From a bacterium (GTDB lineage: Bacteria; Arandabacterota; Arandabacteria; Arandabacterales; Arandabacteraceae): a DNA stretch of 53,337 nt. The DNA is taken from positions 1 through 53,337 of the forward strand of contig JALGWN010000003.1 of assembly GCA_025774115.1 (NCBI GenBank). Reading direction: 5' to 3'. Both the position numbers and the translations under genes were made by a program. How positions within the stretch are numbered: the stretch's first letter is position 1; every line of letters begins with the position of its first letter. Below the pieces are notes generated by a model. It did no database searches. It was given only the letters and a program-made list of their open reading frames with translations, and was not told where the DNA came from. This document shows, one piece after another, positions 45,524 through 53,220 of this stretch.

Positions 45524-45636
45524 TTTAGTCCCTCCTCGGACATGGAACACCCCACGGGCAAGCCCGTGGTACCTGCATCCGCCACAGGGCGTACCCATTT
45601 AGTGACACCCGCCGAGGCACCTTTTCACGCATCCAA

Positions 45637-45678
45637 CCATGGGTAACCCCGTGGTCTTTTGTGTAGGCGGATAAAAAA
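45637..45678 (-). repeat. copy B of the 42-nt conserved leader core
   Basis: 35/42 identical to 25598..25639. Begins in the U-run of the upstream terminator and ends 113 nt upstream of the Wza-like start. Confidence 0.75.
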
Positions 45679-45704
45679 ACGGGAACACGCATAGCGCTTT
45701 CCCG
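45673..45704 (-). terminator. rho-independent terminator
   Basis: Minus strand: CGGGAA-AGCGCTATGCGTG-TTCCCG (6-bp stem, extendable by inner GCGC/GCGU pairs), followed by TTTTTTT (45679..45673). Confidence 0.6.
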
Positions 45705-45845
45705 TAAGAAATATGTACTATCAGCGACCAACGGTAAGCTTGCCATACGTTCCATATCCGGTTTCGCCTTAACCAGGGCACCTAACCAGCAAAAACCTTC
45801 TGTAGCAAACTTACCTGAGAAACCACTCCCTTCACTTGTAACACT
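45673..45845 (-). ncRNA. candidate small RNA (promoter-to-terminator unit with no credible ORF)
   Basis: Bounded by the TTGACT-17-TATATT promoter (45880..45852) and the terminator at 45704..45673, predicting a transcript of about 170 nt. The only ORF through it (45525..45887) reads across the terminator and looks non-protein-like. Confidence 0.3.
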
Positions 45846-45851
45846 ATGTTT

Positions 45852-45880
45852 AATATACCACATAAGTTCCGCTAAGTCAA
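45852..45880 (-). promoter_or_regulatory. sigma70-type promoter inside the EPS upstream region
   Basis: Minus strand: TTGACT (45880..45875), 17 nt, TATATT (45857..45852). Confidence 0.45.
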
Positions 45881-46029
45881 GTTGCAACCATCAGTGCATT
45901 CTGCAGAAAACCGTTGCAAAACGCCTTCGGTCTCCTGACCGCCCAAGGTTATGCAGAACCGGCAAGACGTATCCCTCCCCGATATTCAGGAATGCATCGT
46001 CATCACACTGATTCCTAACCCAAACAGTG

Positions 46030-46044
46030 GCAATTTGCGTGCCA
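46030..46044 (-). promoter_or_regulatory. sigma54 (-24/-12) promoter
   Basis: Minus strand reads TGGCACGCAAATTGC, that is TGGCAC-N5-TTGC with exact GG/GC spacing. Starts 5 nt after the upstream stop and points toward the EPS operon. Confidence 0.55.
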
Positions 46045-46048
46045 CTCA

Positions 46049-46993
46049 TCACTCGATCCGGCACAGAATCGAGGCGACCAAAACCGGGATGAGAATCTCA
46101 TGATGGCCGAGGAAACTGTATGTCGTCCCACCGATCAGCCTTGGGCGTTCCACAAGATTGACCCGCGGTCTGTAGTGTGAATACATGTCGAAATTCGCAG
46201 AAGTGAAACCGCCCAGGTCGATTCCGCGACTTCGGGCCATTGCCATCGCTTTCAGGAAAACCTCCGGCATCATCACGGCCGACCCGAGGTTGAGTACCAC
46301 TCCGCCATTGAGACCCGCGATCCGTTCTGCAAAGCGCCTGAAGTCCTTCATCGTGCCGAAACCGATAGCCTTGCCATCGGCTTCCTCGTGCTGATGGACG
46401 ACGTCGGTGCCCACCGCAATATGCACCGTGAGGTCTATACCGGCATCAGAACAGGTTCCCAGCACGCTCCTCTCGCGGTGAGCCGGATCCGCATCGGCGA
46501 GCTCGGCTCTGAGAGCATCACCCATCCCGAGATCGTGGTCGAGGCACCGCTTCGAAGCACGCGCAAAAAACCCGGCCGTCTCCCCCGTCATGCCGAATTC
46601 ACCGGTTTTGAGACCCTCGCCCACGTCTTCGGAGGTTCTGCCCCACATCGCCAATTCGACATCATGTATCGCGCAGGCTCCATTCATAGCTACACAGTTC
46701 ACCACACCTCTTCGGATGAGCTCGGCAATCAGAGTCCCCAGACCGCACTTGACGACATGGGCCCCCATCATCAGTATCACCGGGCGACTTTCTTGCGCTG
46801 CACGGACCACGCGCGAGGACAATTCCATGATATCTCTGCCGGCCAGAATCCGTGGAATCATCTTCTCCAGATCCGCAAACCACGAAAAGCCATCGGGTAC
46901 GGAGGCGAAATCCTCGACTCCCACCTTGCTCTTGCGGACATCCATTGAAATCCGCCGCGGCCTCGCGGCCTGCTTGGGTTCTTCTTCTGCCAT
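46049..46993 (-). CDS. deoxyhypusine synthase-like (DHS-like NAD-binding fold) protein, function unknown
   Basis: ILMMGAHVVKCGLGTLIAELIRRGVVNCVAMNGACAIHDVE follows the DHS-family pattern xLxxxGAxxxxGxxxxIxxLIxxGxVxxIxxxGAxxxHDxE (from memory). AAGGAG SD 7 nt upstream of the ATG. Confidence 0.45.
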   Translation of the reverse strand: MAEEEPKQAARPRRISMDVRKSKVGVEDFASVPDGFSWFADLEKMIPRILAGRDIMELSSRVVRAAQESRPVILMMGAHVVKCGLGTLIAELIRRGVVNCVAMNGACAIHDVELAMWGRTSEDVGEGLKTGEFGMTGETAGFFARASKRCLDHDLGMGDALRAELADADPAHRERSVLGTCSDAGIDLTVHIAVGTDVVHQHEEADGKAIGFGTMKDFRRFAERIAGLNGGVVLNLGSAVMMPEVFLKAMAMARSRGIDLGGFTSANFDMYSHYRPRVNLVERPRLIGGTTYSFLGHHEILIPVLVASILCRIE

Positions 46994-47014
46994 AACAGAG
47001 CTCCTTAGTTCGGC

Positions 47015-47764
47015 TTAATCGATCTTGGTATCGGTCAATACCGCATTGATGGAGCCAATCAGGATCTTGCTCTTCATCATTACCGGAATCCTGCTCGGAT
47101 CCGTGGATATCCATACGGTTAGTCTACCTTTGTGCTGAAAGATGCCGGAAGCCCGCAGAATAGGTTCGAGCACGTAACATTCGTAAGTCCCGGCAGGGAC
47201 CTTGATCTCCTCGATTCGAAGTACGTTAACCTCAAGCGCGTAATTCTTCTCATCGGCATGATTGTTGATGAAAATGCTTCTGCCCACTTCAAGATCCATG
47301 GCTCTGATATAGTACAGAGAGGAGAGGACATCCTGGACCCGCGCAGGGACTTCGATTACCTCACCATCGGGATATGTGGCCGTATGCCGCACCTGATCGA
47401 AATCCACAGTCTCATAAGCTTCATAATTGCCTTCTTTCAGAGTCTTTACATATCTCAGGGTATAAAGGCTGTCCACGTGGATGAAGGACTCCACCCTGTC
47501 TTTGACCTCAAAAACAAGCGAGAAGGGCATGGTCGACCTGGCTTCTGAGACGACACGAAAGCACGTGCTCCGGCTGCCGCATTGAGTTATCTCTTTCACC
47601 TCCAGCGTAGCCACCCCGGCCTTCACGAATTCATATCGGACATCGAAGGTGAGCTTCTCTCCCAACCTGAAAGGAAGACTGTCCGATGCCGAGGCCGCCA
47701 AGCAGAGGAGGGTGACGAACACAAACGCCAAGCCTGGTGATGATTTCCATCGATGTTTAGGCAC
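47015..47764 (-). CDS. DUF3108-like secreted protein
   Basis: Signal peptide (LAFVFVTLLCLAASA), then FRLGEKLTFDVRYEFVKAGVATLEV and all-beta-looking sequence. GTG start abuts the gmhB stop. Confidence 0.55.
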   Translation of the reverse strand: MPKHRWKSSPGLAFVFVTLLCLAASASDSLPFRLGEKLTFDVRYEFVKAGVATLEVKEITQCGSRSTCFRVVSEARSTMPFSLVFEVKDRVESFIHVDSLYTLRYVKTLKEGNYEAYETVDFDQVRHTATYPDGEVIEVPARVQDVLSSLYYIRAMDLEVGRSIFINNHADEKNYALEVNVLRIEEIKVPAGTYECYVLEPILRASGIFQHKGRLTVWISTDPSRIPVMMKSKILIGSINAVLTDTKID

Positions 47765-48343
47765 TCATACTCCCCCGGCCATCCACTCGACGGCGCCAAG
47801 AACATCCTCAAAGACATGGAAGTTGCCCGGCGGGGACTCCTTCATGCCCCTTTCCTCATAAGAGCCGTATCCGGTTCGCACCAGACAAGGAGTCACACCT
47901 AGATTTATCCCGAAGAGCACATCGGTTTCCTTATCCCCTACCATGTAGGACCGGCCGAGGTCAATGCCAAACCGCTCGGCTGCCTCAAACCCCATGCCGG
48001 CCGCGGGTTTTCTGCAATTACATTTTTCTCGGTATGCCGCCACCCTGCCATTCGGATGGTGCGGGCAATAGTAGATTGCGTCCAAGGGGACACCCGCATC
48101 TCCAAGGATGTCCTGCATCCTGCAGTGAATATCCCGCAGATCGGACTCTTTGATATAACCCCGGGCGATCCCGGACTGGTTGGTAACGCCGATAAGCAAG
48201 AACCCGCTCTCCTTGGCCTTCCTCAGGGCCTTCAAGGTGAACTTGTAAGGGGCGACAAGCGAGGGATGGTTGAGGTAGCCCACCTCCACAAGCAGTGTGC
48301 CGTCACGGTCGAAAAAGACGGCCTTCCGGGTTTTGCCGCCCAT
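47765..48343 (-). CDS. gmhB: D-glycero-D-manno-heptose 1,7-bisphosphate phosphatase (HAD-IIIA)
   Basis: AVFFDRDGTL (nucleophile motif), GVTNQSGIARG, Zn-finger-like CPHHP...CNCRKP, VGDKETD. Confidence 0.85.
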   Translation of the reverse strand: MGGKTRKAVFFDRDGTLLVEVGYLNHPSLVAPYKFTLKALRKAKESGFLLIGVTNQSGIARGYIKESDLRDIHCRMQDILGDAGVPLDAIYYCPHHPNGRVAAYREKCNCRKPAAGMGFEAAERFGIDLGRSYMVGDKETDVLFGINLGVTPCLVRTGYGSYEERGMKESPPGNFHVFEDVLGAVEWMAGGV

Positions 48344-48495
48344 CGTCGTTCTCCTCCGGGTCTCTCGCGAAGCACGGCCGCGTGCGCCCCGCTACACTCA
48401 TCTCAGTGTGCTTCAGAACCTTGCCCAAACTTAGCAAGACTTACCCTCTCCGGCAACCCCAAACCCACATCCAACGTCGCACGAAAGCAGGAACG

Positions 48496-49503
48496 CTACG
48501 AGTCTTTCATGATGCCGGCCACGACGGAGGCGACGTGCTCGGGTGTGATCCCCTCCATACAATAGCGGCGGTCGAGGCGACACGGCTTGTTTCCATGAAA
48601 GCTGCATGGACTGCAGCCAAGCTCCAGGCTCAGCACCACTGCCCCCTCCGCCGCCGGGGCGAAGCCCAGGAGCGGTGATGTCGGACCGAAGATCGCCACC
48701 GGCCGGGATCCTACGGCGCCGGCAAGGTGCATGAGACCCGAATCATTCGTCACCGTGATCCGGCATAGAGCAAGCAAGGCCGCGATCATCCCTATGTTCT
48801 CTCCGACATACACCTTGGCCTCACAGCCGGGAATACTCCTGAGTACTCTCTCGATTGCAGGCCGGTCCTCGCCGGAGCCGACAAGCAGGGCCTTGTGTTT
48901 CCCCGTCAGGAGACCGACGAGCCGGGCGAAGCGCTCATCCCCCCATGACTTGTGTTCACTGCTGCTGCCGGGACAGATCCCCACGACAGGCCCTTGGCCC
49001 ACAAGGGCCCGGCCTTCCGCTACCATCCGCGGATCGGGTATGACCTGCGGCACCTCTTCGGAGTAGCGAATCCCCAGCGGCTCGACCGTCCGAAAATAGG
49101 TCTTTATGGTATGCGGTTGAGGGCCCTTCCAGAGCCTGGGAAGATAGACGGTAAAGAAGCGTCCCAGCCGGGGTCGTCTGTATCGCAGGACCCGTAACGG
49201 TTTGAGGCCGCTCGTGATCCGCCTGGAATGGCGGTTGGCCTGAAGGTCTATAACGATGTCATAGGCCCGACCGCCCGAGTCCGGGCACCACTCCGGTCTT
49301 TGCTTCGAATAGGCCAGTACCTTGTCAACGGAGGAGAAGAGCACGGGCAGGCCGGTATATTCGCGGCAGACCGCAAAAGTCACCTGCGACCCCGGGTAAC
49401 GGGTCTTGAGCACCCGGGTAACGGGTTCTGCCAGAACGACGTCACCGAAGGAGCTGAGTCTTATCACCAGCAGATTAAGGGACCGGTTGGAGGCAGGTGG
49501 CAT
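48496..49503 (-). CDS. glycosyltransferase family 9 (LPS heptosyltransferase-type)
   Basis: LLVIRLSSFGDVVLAEPVTRVLKTRYPGSQVTFAV, C-terminal NDSGLMHLAGAVG. Confidence 0.85.
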   Translation of the reverse strand: MPPASNRSLNLLVIRLSSFGDVVLAEPVTRVLKTRYPGSQVTFAVCREYTGLPVLFSSVDKVLAYSKQRPEWCPDSGGRAYDIVIDLQANRHSRRITSGLKPLRVLRYRRPRLGRFFTVYLPRLWKGPQPHTIKTYFRTVEPLGIRYSEEVPQVIPDPRMVAEGRALVGQGPVVGICPGSSSEHKSWGDERFARLVGLLTGKHKALLVGSGEDRPAIERVLRSIPGCEAKVYVGENIGMIAALLALCRITVTNDSGLMHLAGAVGSRPVAIFGPTSPLLGFAPAAEGAVVLSLELGCSPCSFHGNKPCRLDRRYCMEGITPEHVASVVAGIMKDS

Positions 49504-49511
49504 CGGATACC

Positions 49512-51281
49512 CTAGTTGTCCTTCAGGGTCTGACTATAATCCCTGAACTGAAGGTCATAGAGCCTCCGGTAGACACTCCCGGCAGCAAGAAGATCATCGT
49601 GCCGGCCTATCTCAACGAGCTTGCCGCCATCGATAACCACAATAAGATCGGCGTTGGTAACCGTTGAGAGCCTGTGGGCGATCACGAAGTTGGTCCGGTG
49701 AGAAAGCAGCCGCTCTATGGCATCCTGAACAAGCTTCTCCGATTCGGTATCCAGTGAGGAGGTAGCTTCATCGAATATCAGGATCTCGGGATCTTTGAGA
49801 ATGGCCCTGGCTATGGCCAGCCGCTGGCGTTCACCGCCGGATATCCGCATACCCCGATCGCCTATCACGGTATCATAACCTTCCGGCAAGGCGGCGATGA
49901 AATCATGAGCGTTGGCGGCCTTCGCCGCATCGATCACCCTGGAAAGGGGCAGCTCTTCCACACCGTAAGCGATGTTGTTCCTCACCGTGTCGTTGAAAAG
50001 GATGGTCTCCTGTGTCACGATCCCCATGATGCCTCTCAAGGATTTCACGCTTATATCCCGCAGATCCCGGCCGTCAAGCAACACACTGCCTTCGGTGGGG
50101 TCGTAGAAACGGGGAATCAAGTCTACCAGGGTGGATTTCCCCGCCCCGCTCGGTCCCACCACGGCTACAACCTGGCCTTTCTTCACCCGGAACCCGACGT
50201 CCCTGAGGACATAATCCGAAGTGTCATACTTGAAGCTCACCTGGGAGAACTCAATGCCTTCGTGGATACCGTCTATGTCAACCGAATCCGGGGCATCCAC
50301 GATGTCGGGTTCGGCATCGAGTATGGCGAATATGCGTTTGCCTGCAGCAATGCCCTCCTGGATCTTGGCACTCGCCTGGGTAAGGGTCTTGGCGGGTCTT
50401 ATGATGGACAGCATGGCCGCAAGGAAGATCAAAAACCAGTCGGGACTCAGAAGATTGCCCTCTAGAACCTGCATACCCCCATAGTAGAGTACCACCAGAC
50501 CCCCCGCCTCCATTCCAAAGGCCTTGACCACCCTGATCCCCGAGATCGTCTCCTGAAGCACCGTGGTTACATCGGCCATTTTCTCCTGGGCCCTGGTGCT
50601 GTAGCGTCTCAGACGCCGTCCGATCTTGGCGACCACGAGAGTTATGAAGGGTATGACAATAAGGGCCACCAATGCCAGCCTCCAGTTTATCCAGACCACG
50701 AAACCGCCGAGGACGAGAATGTTGAGAAAGTCCCGAATGGCCGCAAGGCAGCCAGAGGAGATACTTCTTCGGACAAGCCCCACATCACTGGTTATCCTGG
50801 AGATTATCTGTCCTGTTCTGCTGGCATGGAAGAACGCAAGCGACATCCTATGCAGGTGGGCATAGAGCCTGTTTCTGATGTCCCGGATTACTTTTTGCTC
50901 GATAGAGACACTTAAGACTGAGAGAAGATATGTGCACAGGCCCTTGATGAAGTACAGAGCAAGAATGGAAAGGCAGATTCGCCCGAGGGTCTCAAGGGGC
51001 GATCCGGCGGCATAGAATGAGAGCACCTTGTGTCTCACCCGTTCCTGGACCGTGTCGAGTGAGCCAGCTGCAATACCGAAAAGACCACCCGCACTTTCTT
51101 CGGCCTCCACCCCATCCAAGCTTCCCCCCGAGAAGAGCACATTCACAAAGGGGAGGATCATACCTATGGAGATTCCGCTGAAAACCGCAACCACGATCAT
51201 GAGCATGAGTACAGCGATGAGACGCTTCCAGTAAGGCTTCATGAATGCAATCACCCGCATGTATACCCGTAGAGATTCCAT
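49512..51281 (-). CDS. msbA: MsbA-like ABC exporter (fused TMD-NBD), with an atypical TMD
   Basis: NBD motifs GPSGAGKST, ISGGERQRLAIARA, ILIFDEATSSLD. TMD blocks ISRITSDV and IRVVKAFGME. See the finding on a missing segment. Confidence 0.85.
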   Translation of the reverse strand: MESLRVYMRVIAFMKPYWKRLIAVLMLMIVVAVFSGISIGMILPFVNVLFSGGSLDGVEAEESAGGLFGIAAGSLDTVQERVRHKVLSFYAAGSPLETLGRICLSILALYFIKGLCTYLLSVLSVSIEQKVIRDIRNRLYAHLHRMSLAFFHASRTGQIISRITSDVGLVRRSISSGCLAAIRDFLNILVLGGFVVWINWRLALVALIVIPFITLVVAKIGRRLRRYSTRAQEKMADVTTVLQETISGIRVVKAFGMEAGGLVVLYYGGMQVLEGNLLSPDWFLIFLAAMLSIIRPAKTLTQASAKIQEGIAAGKRIFAILDAEPDIVDAPDSVDIDGIHEGIEFSQVSFKYDTSDYVLRDVGFRVKKGQVVAVVGPSGAGKSTLVDLIPRFYDPTEGSVLLDGRDLRDISVKSLRGIMGIVTQETILFNDTVRNNIAYGVEELPLSRVIDAAKAANAHDFIAALPEGYDTVIGDRGMRISGGERQRLAIARAILKDPEILIFDEATSSLDTESEKLVQDAIERLLSHRTNFVIAHRLSTVTNADLIVVIDGGKLVEIGRHDDLLAAGSVYRRLYDLQFRDYSQTLKDN

Positions 51282-51283
51282 GA

Positions 51284-52297
51284 TTAGATCCTCGAAGGAG
51301 CGCAGGCGAAATCACGCATCTGCATGGCCAGCTTAGCCGGCGGAGTTACCGCCCAGACCTCCTCCTCGACCACCTGGAAGATCCCTTGCGTGGGCAGCCA
51401 CCTTCTGTCTTCCCCTCTGGAAAACAGAATGAACGAAGGTATTTCCATCGCAAGGGCGAAGTGCAGGAGATTGCAGTTACCGGTGATGAGAAGATCGCAC
51501 TGAGACAAGATTCCAAGCGTATCTCTGAAGTTCTTTCTGGGAATGTCGAGCCAATCATAGTTGCCCAAACGTCTGATCTCCTCGTCCTTCACAGCCGGAC
51601 GCGGATCGGAAAGGAGGGCTATTCGGCTCGGTTTCAAGGCCTGGAAGCTTCTTGCAAGCCGAATCTGCGTGTCGAAGGGCGGTTTGTTGCCCTTCTTGGT
51701 GTAACTCAGATCGACGCCTATGAGGAGATCGCCACTCTTGGGTTTGCGGAACTTCACGATTTCCCTGGCGATCTTGCTTTCCTTCTCCGGGATCTTCCAA
51801 TCCCGCCACTTGTTTGCGTCCGGAGCAAGGAACTTCACCAGGCAGAGATTGCGATCCTTGAAATATGTGGAATCCGGCCTCGGAATCACCTCGACATTGA
51901 AAAGCGGATATCCTATTTCATCCTTGAGCTTCACTCTGAGCCGGGCCCCGCTGACCGCAGGGAGCAGTACACGATAGAATTCATACCTGAAATCGAAATA
52001 GAAAACAGCCTCGAACATCCGTTCTCTGATCTCACTTACGAAGGGCCGGAACTTGAACACCCCACTTGCCCCTTTGAATTCGGGAAACACGATAGTGTCA
52101 TCGACCACGTCATTGTCCCTGAGGAGCTCCGCCTGGCCGTCGTCGACAAGGCATATGATCCGTGAATCGGGCAACGCGGTCCTGAGAAGACTCATGGCAG
52201 GGTAAGCCACCAGCATTTCCGCAAGACCGGCGCCGGGAACAGCAAGAACCCTGCGGGCGCTCTGCGCGACCCTCCCCAACGAAAACGGCTGGTTCAT
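51284..52297 (-). CDS. glycosyltransferase family 9-like protein
   Basis: VLAVPGAGLAEMLVAYPAMSLLRTALPDSRIICLV resembles the GT9 N-terminus. C-terminal GNCNLLHFALAM. Start set to ATG 52297, but the AAGGAG directly abuts it, so the start is uncertain. Confidence 0.6.
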   Translation of the reverse strand: MNQPFSLGRVAQSARRVLAVPGAGLAEMLVAYPAMSLLRTALPDSRIICLVDDGQAELLRDNDVVDDTIVFPEFKGASGVFKFRPFVSEIRERMFEAVFYFDFRYEFYRVLLPAVSGARLRVKLKDEIGYPLFNVEVIPRPDSTYFKDRNLCLVKFLAPDANKWRDWKIPEKESKIAREIVKFRKPKSGDLLIGVDLSYTKKGNKPPFDTQIRLARSFQALKPSRIALLSDPRPAVKDEEIRRLGNYDWLDIPRKNFRDTLGILSQCDLLITGNCNLLHFALAMEIPSFILFSRGEDRRWLPTQGIFQVVEEEVWAVTPPAKLAMQMRDFACAPSRI

Positions 52298-52361
52298 CTC
52301 CTTGCCGCCGTAGAACTTACTGGCGATCCCTGCCAGCGTCTTTGTGCTCCAGCCAGGCAAC

Positions 52362-52820
52362 CTATGTACCTCGTTCCACCGGTATGATTCTCGCTCCGGA
52401 CACAAGATCCCGTCTACCCTTGGCCACACGGACAATAAGGAAACCATTCTCATAGGCGGCTTCCATCGAGGCTATGTGGAAGTCACGCGGGATCCCGATG
52501 TTTCTCTCAAACGGCCCCAGTGTGATCTCCATCCCATGGAATCTCTTCTTCCCGGGACACATCGGGCCCCGTCTTATGCCTCTTATTATGACCATATGAT
52601 TTTCCAGAGTCACCTTGAAATCGCCCGGGTCCATCCCCGGTATCTCCATACGGATGATGAACTCGTTCTCGGTTTCATAAACGTCGGTAAGCGGGCGCCA
52701 AACCGACTCCTTGCCTAGAACAAGGGGCATTCGCAACCTGGAGAAATCCGAGAGAAGGCGTTCCATGGTTTCCTGGAGGTACCTTATGTCCCGGATAAAC
52801 TCGTCATCGCGCGCACGCAT
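52362..52820 (-). CDS. Hsp20/alpha-crystallin small heat-shock protein
   Basis: Start set to ATG 52820 (MRARDDEF...). ACD: WRPLTDVYETENEFIIRMEIPGMDPGDFKVTLENHMVIIRG...FERNIGIPRDF...AAYENGFLIVRVAK. Confidence 0.88.
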   Translation of the reverse strand: MRARDDEFIRDIRYLQETMERLLSDFSRLRMPLVLGKESVWRPLTDVYETENEFIIRMEIPGMDPGDFKVTLENHMVIIRGIRRGPMCPGKKRFHGMEITLGPFERNIGIPRDFHIASMEAAYENGFLIVRVAKGRRDLVSGARIIPVERGT

Positions 52821-52836
52821 ATCCGCCCCCCGGCTC

Positions 52837-53220
52837 TCACAGCGGTTCTCCTGCTTTCCAATCGTAGTGCTTTTCGAAGACATCATCGAAGTTGTAGACT
52901 GCTTCGAAATCCTCAATAGAGTCCTCATCGGTCTTGCCGAGAAGCCCTGCACCGACCAGGTGAAAGACGATCTCACCGAAATCCCTGGTCCCTTTCAAGC
53001 CCCAGCTTTCAAAGACCATCTTGGCTGTGGGTCCGAATTCCCTCTTTGCAAGCACCGCGATTCCCTCCAGCAGCTCACGGCCGCTGACGTGCCCCGGACG
53101 CCCCAGTCCGGCCATTGTGAATTCAAGTGCATCTATGGTGAACATATATGCCTGTGTTTTGTATCTGCCGTCCCGGGAGTTCAGGTGCTCCACCCTGAGC
53201 ATCAGGTCGTTGTGCTCCAA
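52837..53220 (-). CDS. conserved hypothetical protein (resembles the Minf_1886 / Verrucomicrobia-Planctomycetes family, from memory)
   Basis: TTG start with GGTGA SD. YKTQAYMFTIDALEFTM...GHVSGRELLEGIAVLAKREFGPTAKMVFESWGLKGTRDFGEIVFHLVGAGLLGKTDEDSIEDF. Confidence 0.45.
   Translation of the reverse strand: MEHNDLMLRVEHLNSRDGRYKTQAYMFTIDALEFTMAGLGRPGHVSGRELLEGIAVLAKREFGPTAKMVFESWGLKGTRDFGEIVFHLVGAGLLGKTDEDSIEDFEAVYNFDDVFEKHYDWKAGEPL

Noticed and set aside
45524-45690. c-di-GMP riboswitch (GEMM-I/II) in the conserved leader. The idea was prompted by GGGGTTACC(C)ATGG resembling the 3' end of the Vc2 aptamer, and by GATGCGTGAAAAGG.
   Set aside because: The invariant GGCAAAC and GACGCAAAGC elements of class I, and the class II core, are absent from both copies.
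45525-45887. 120-aa minus-strand ORF across the EPS upstream region, and a 24-aa sORF (45891..45965, TTG start, GGGGAGGG SD) downstream of the sigma54 promoter.
   Set aside because: The 120-aa ORF reads through a strong terminator and the conserved leader, and has implausible composition. The sORF has a good SD but nothing else supports it. I record it only as a possible leader peptide.
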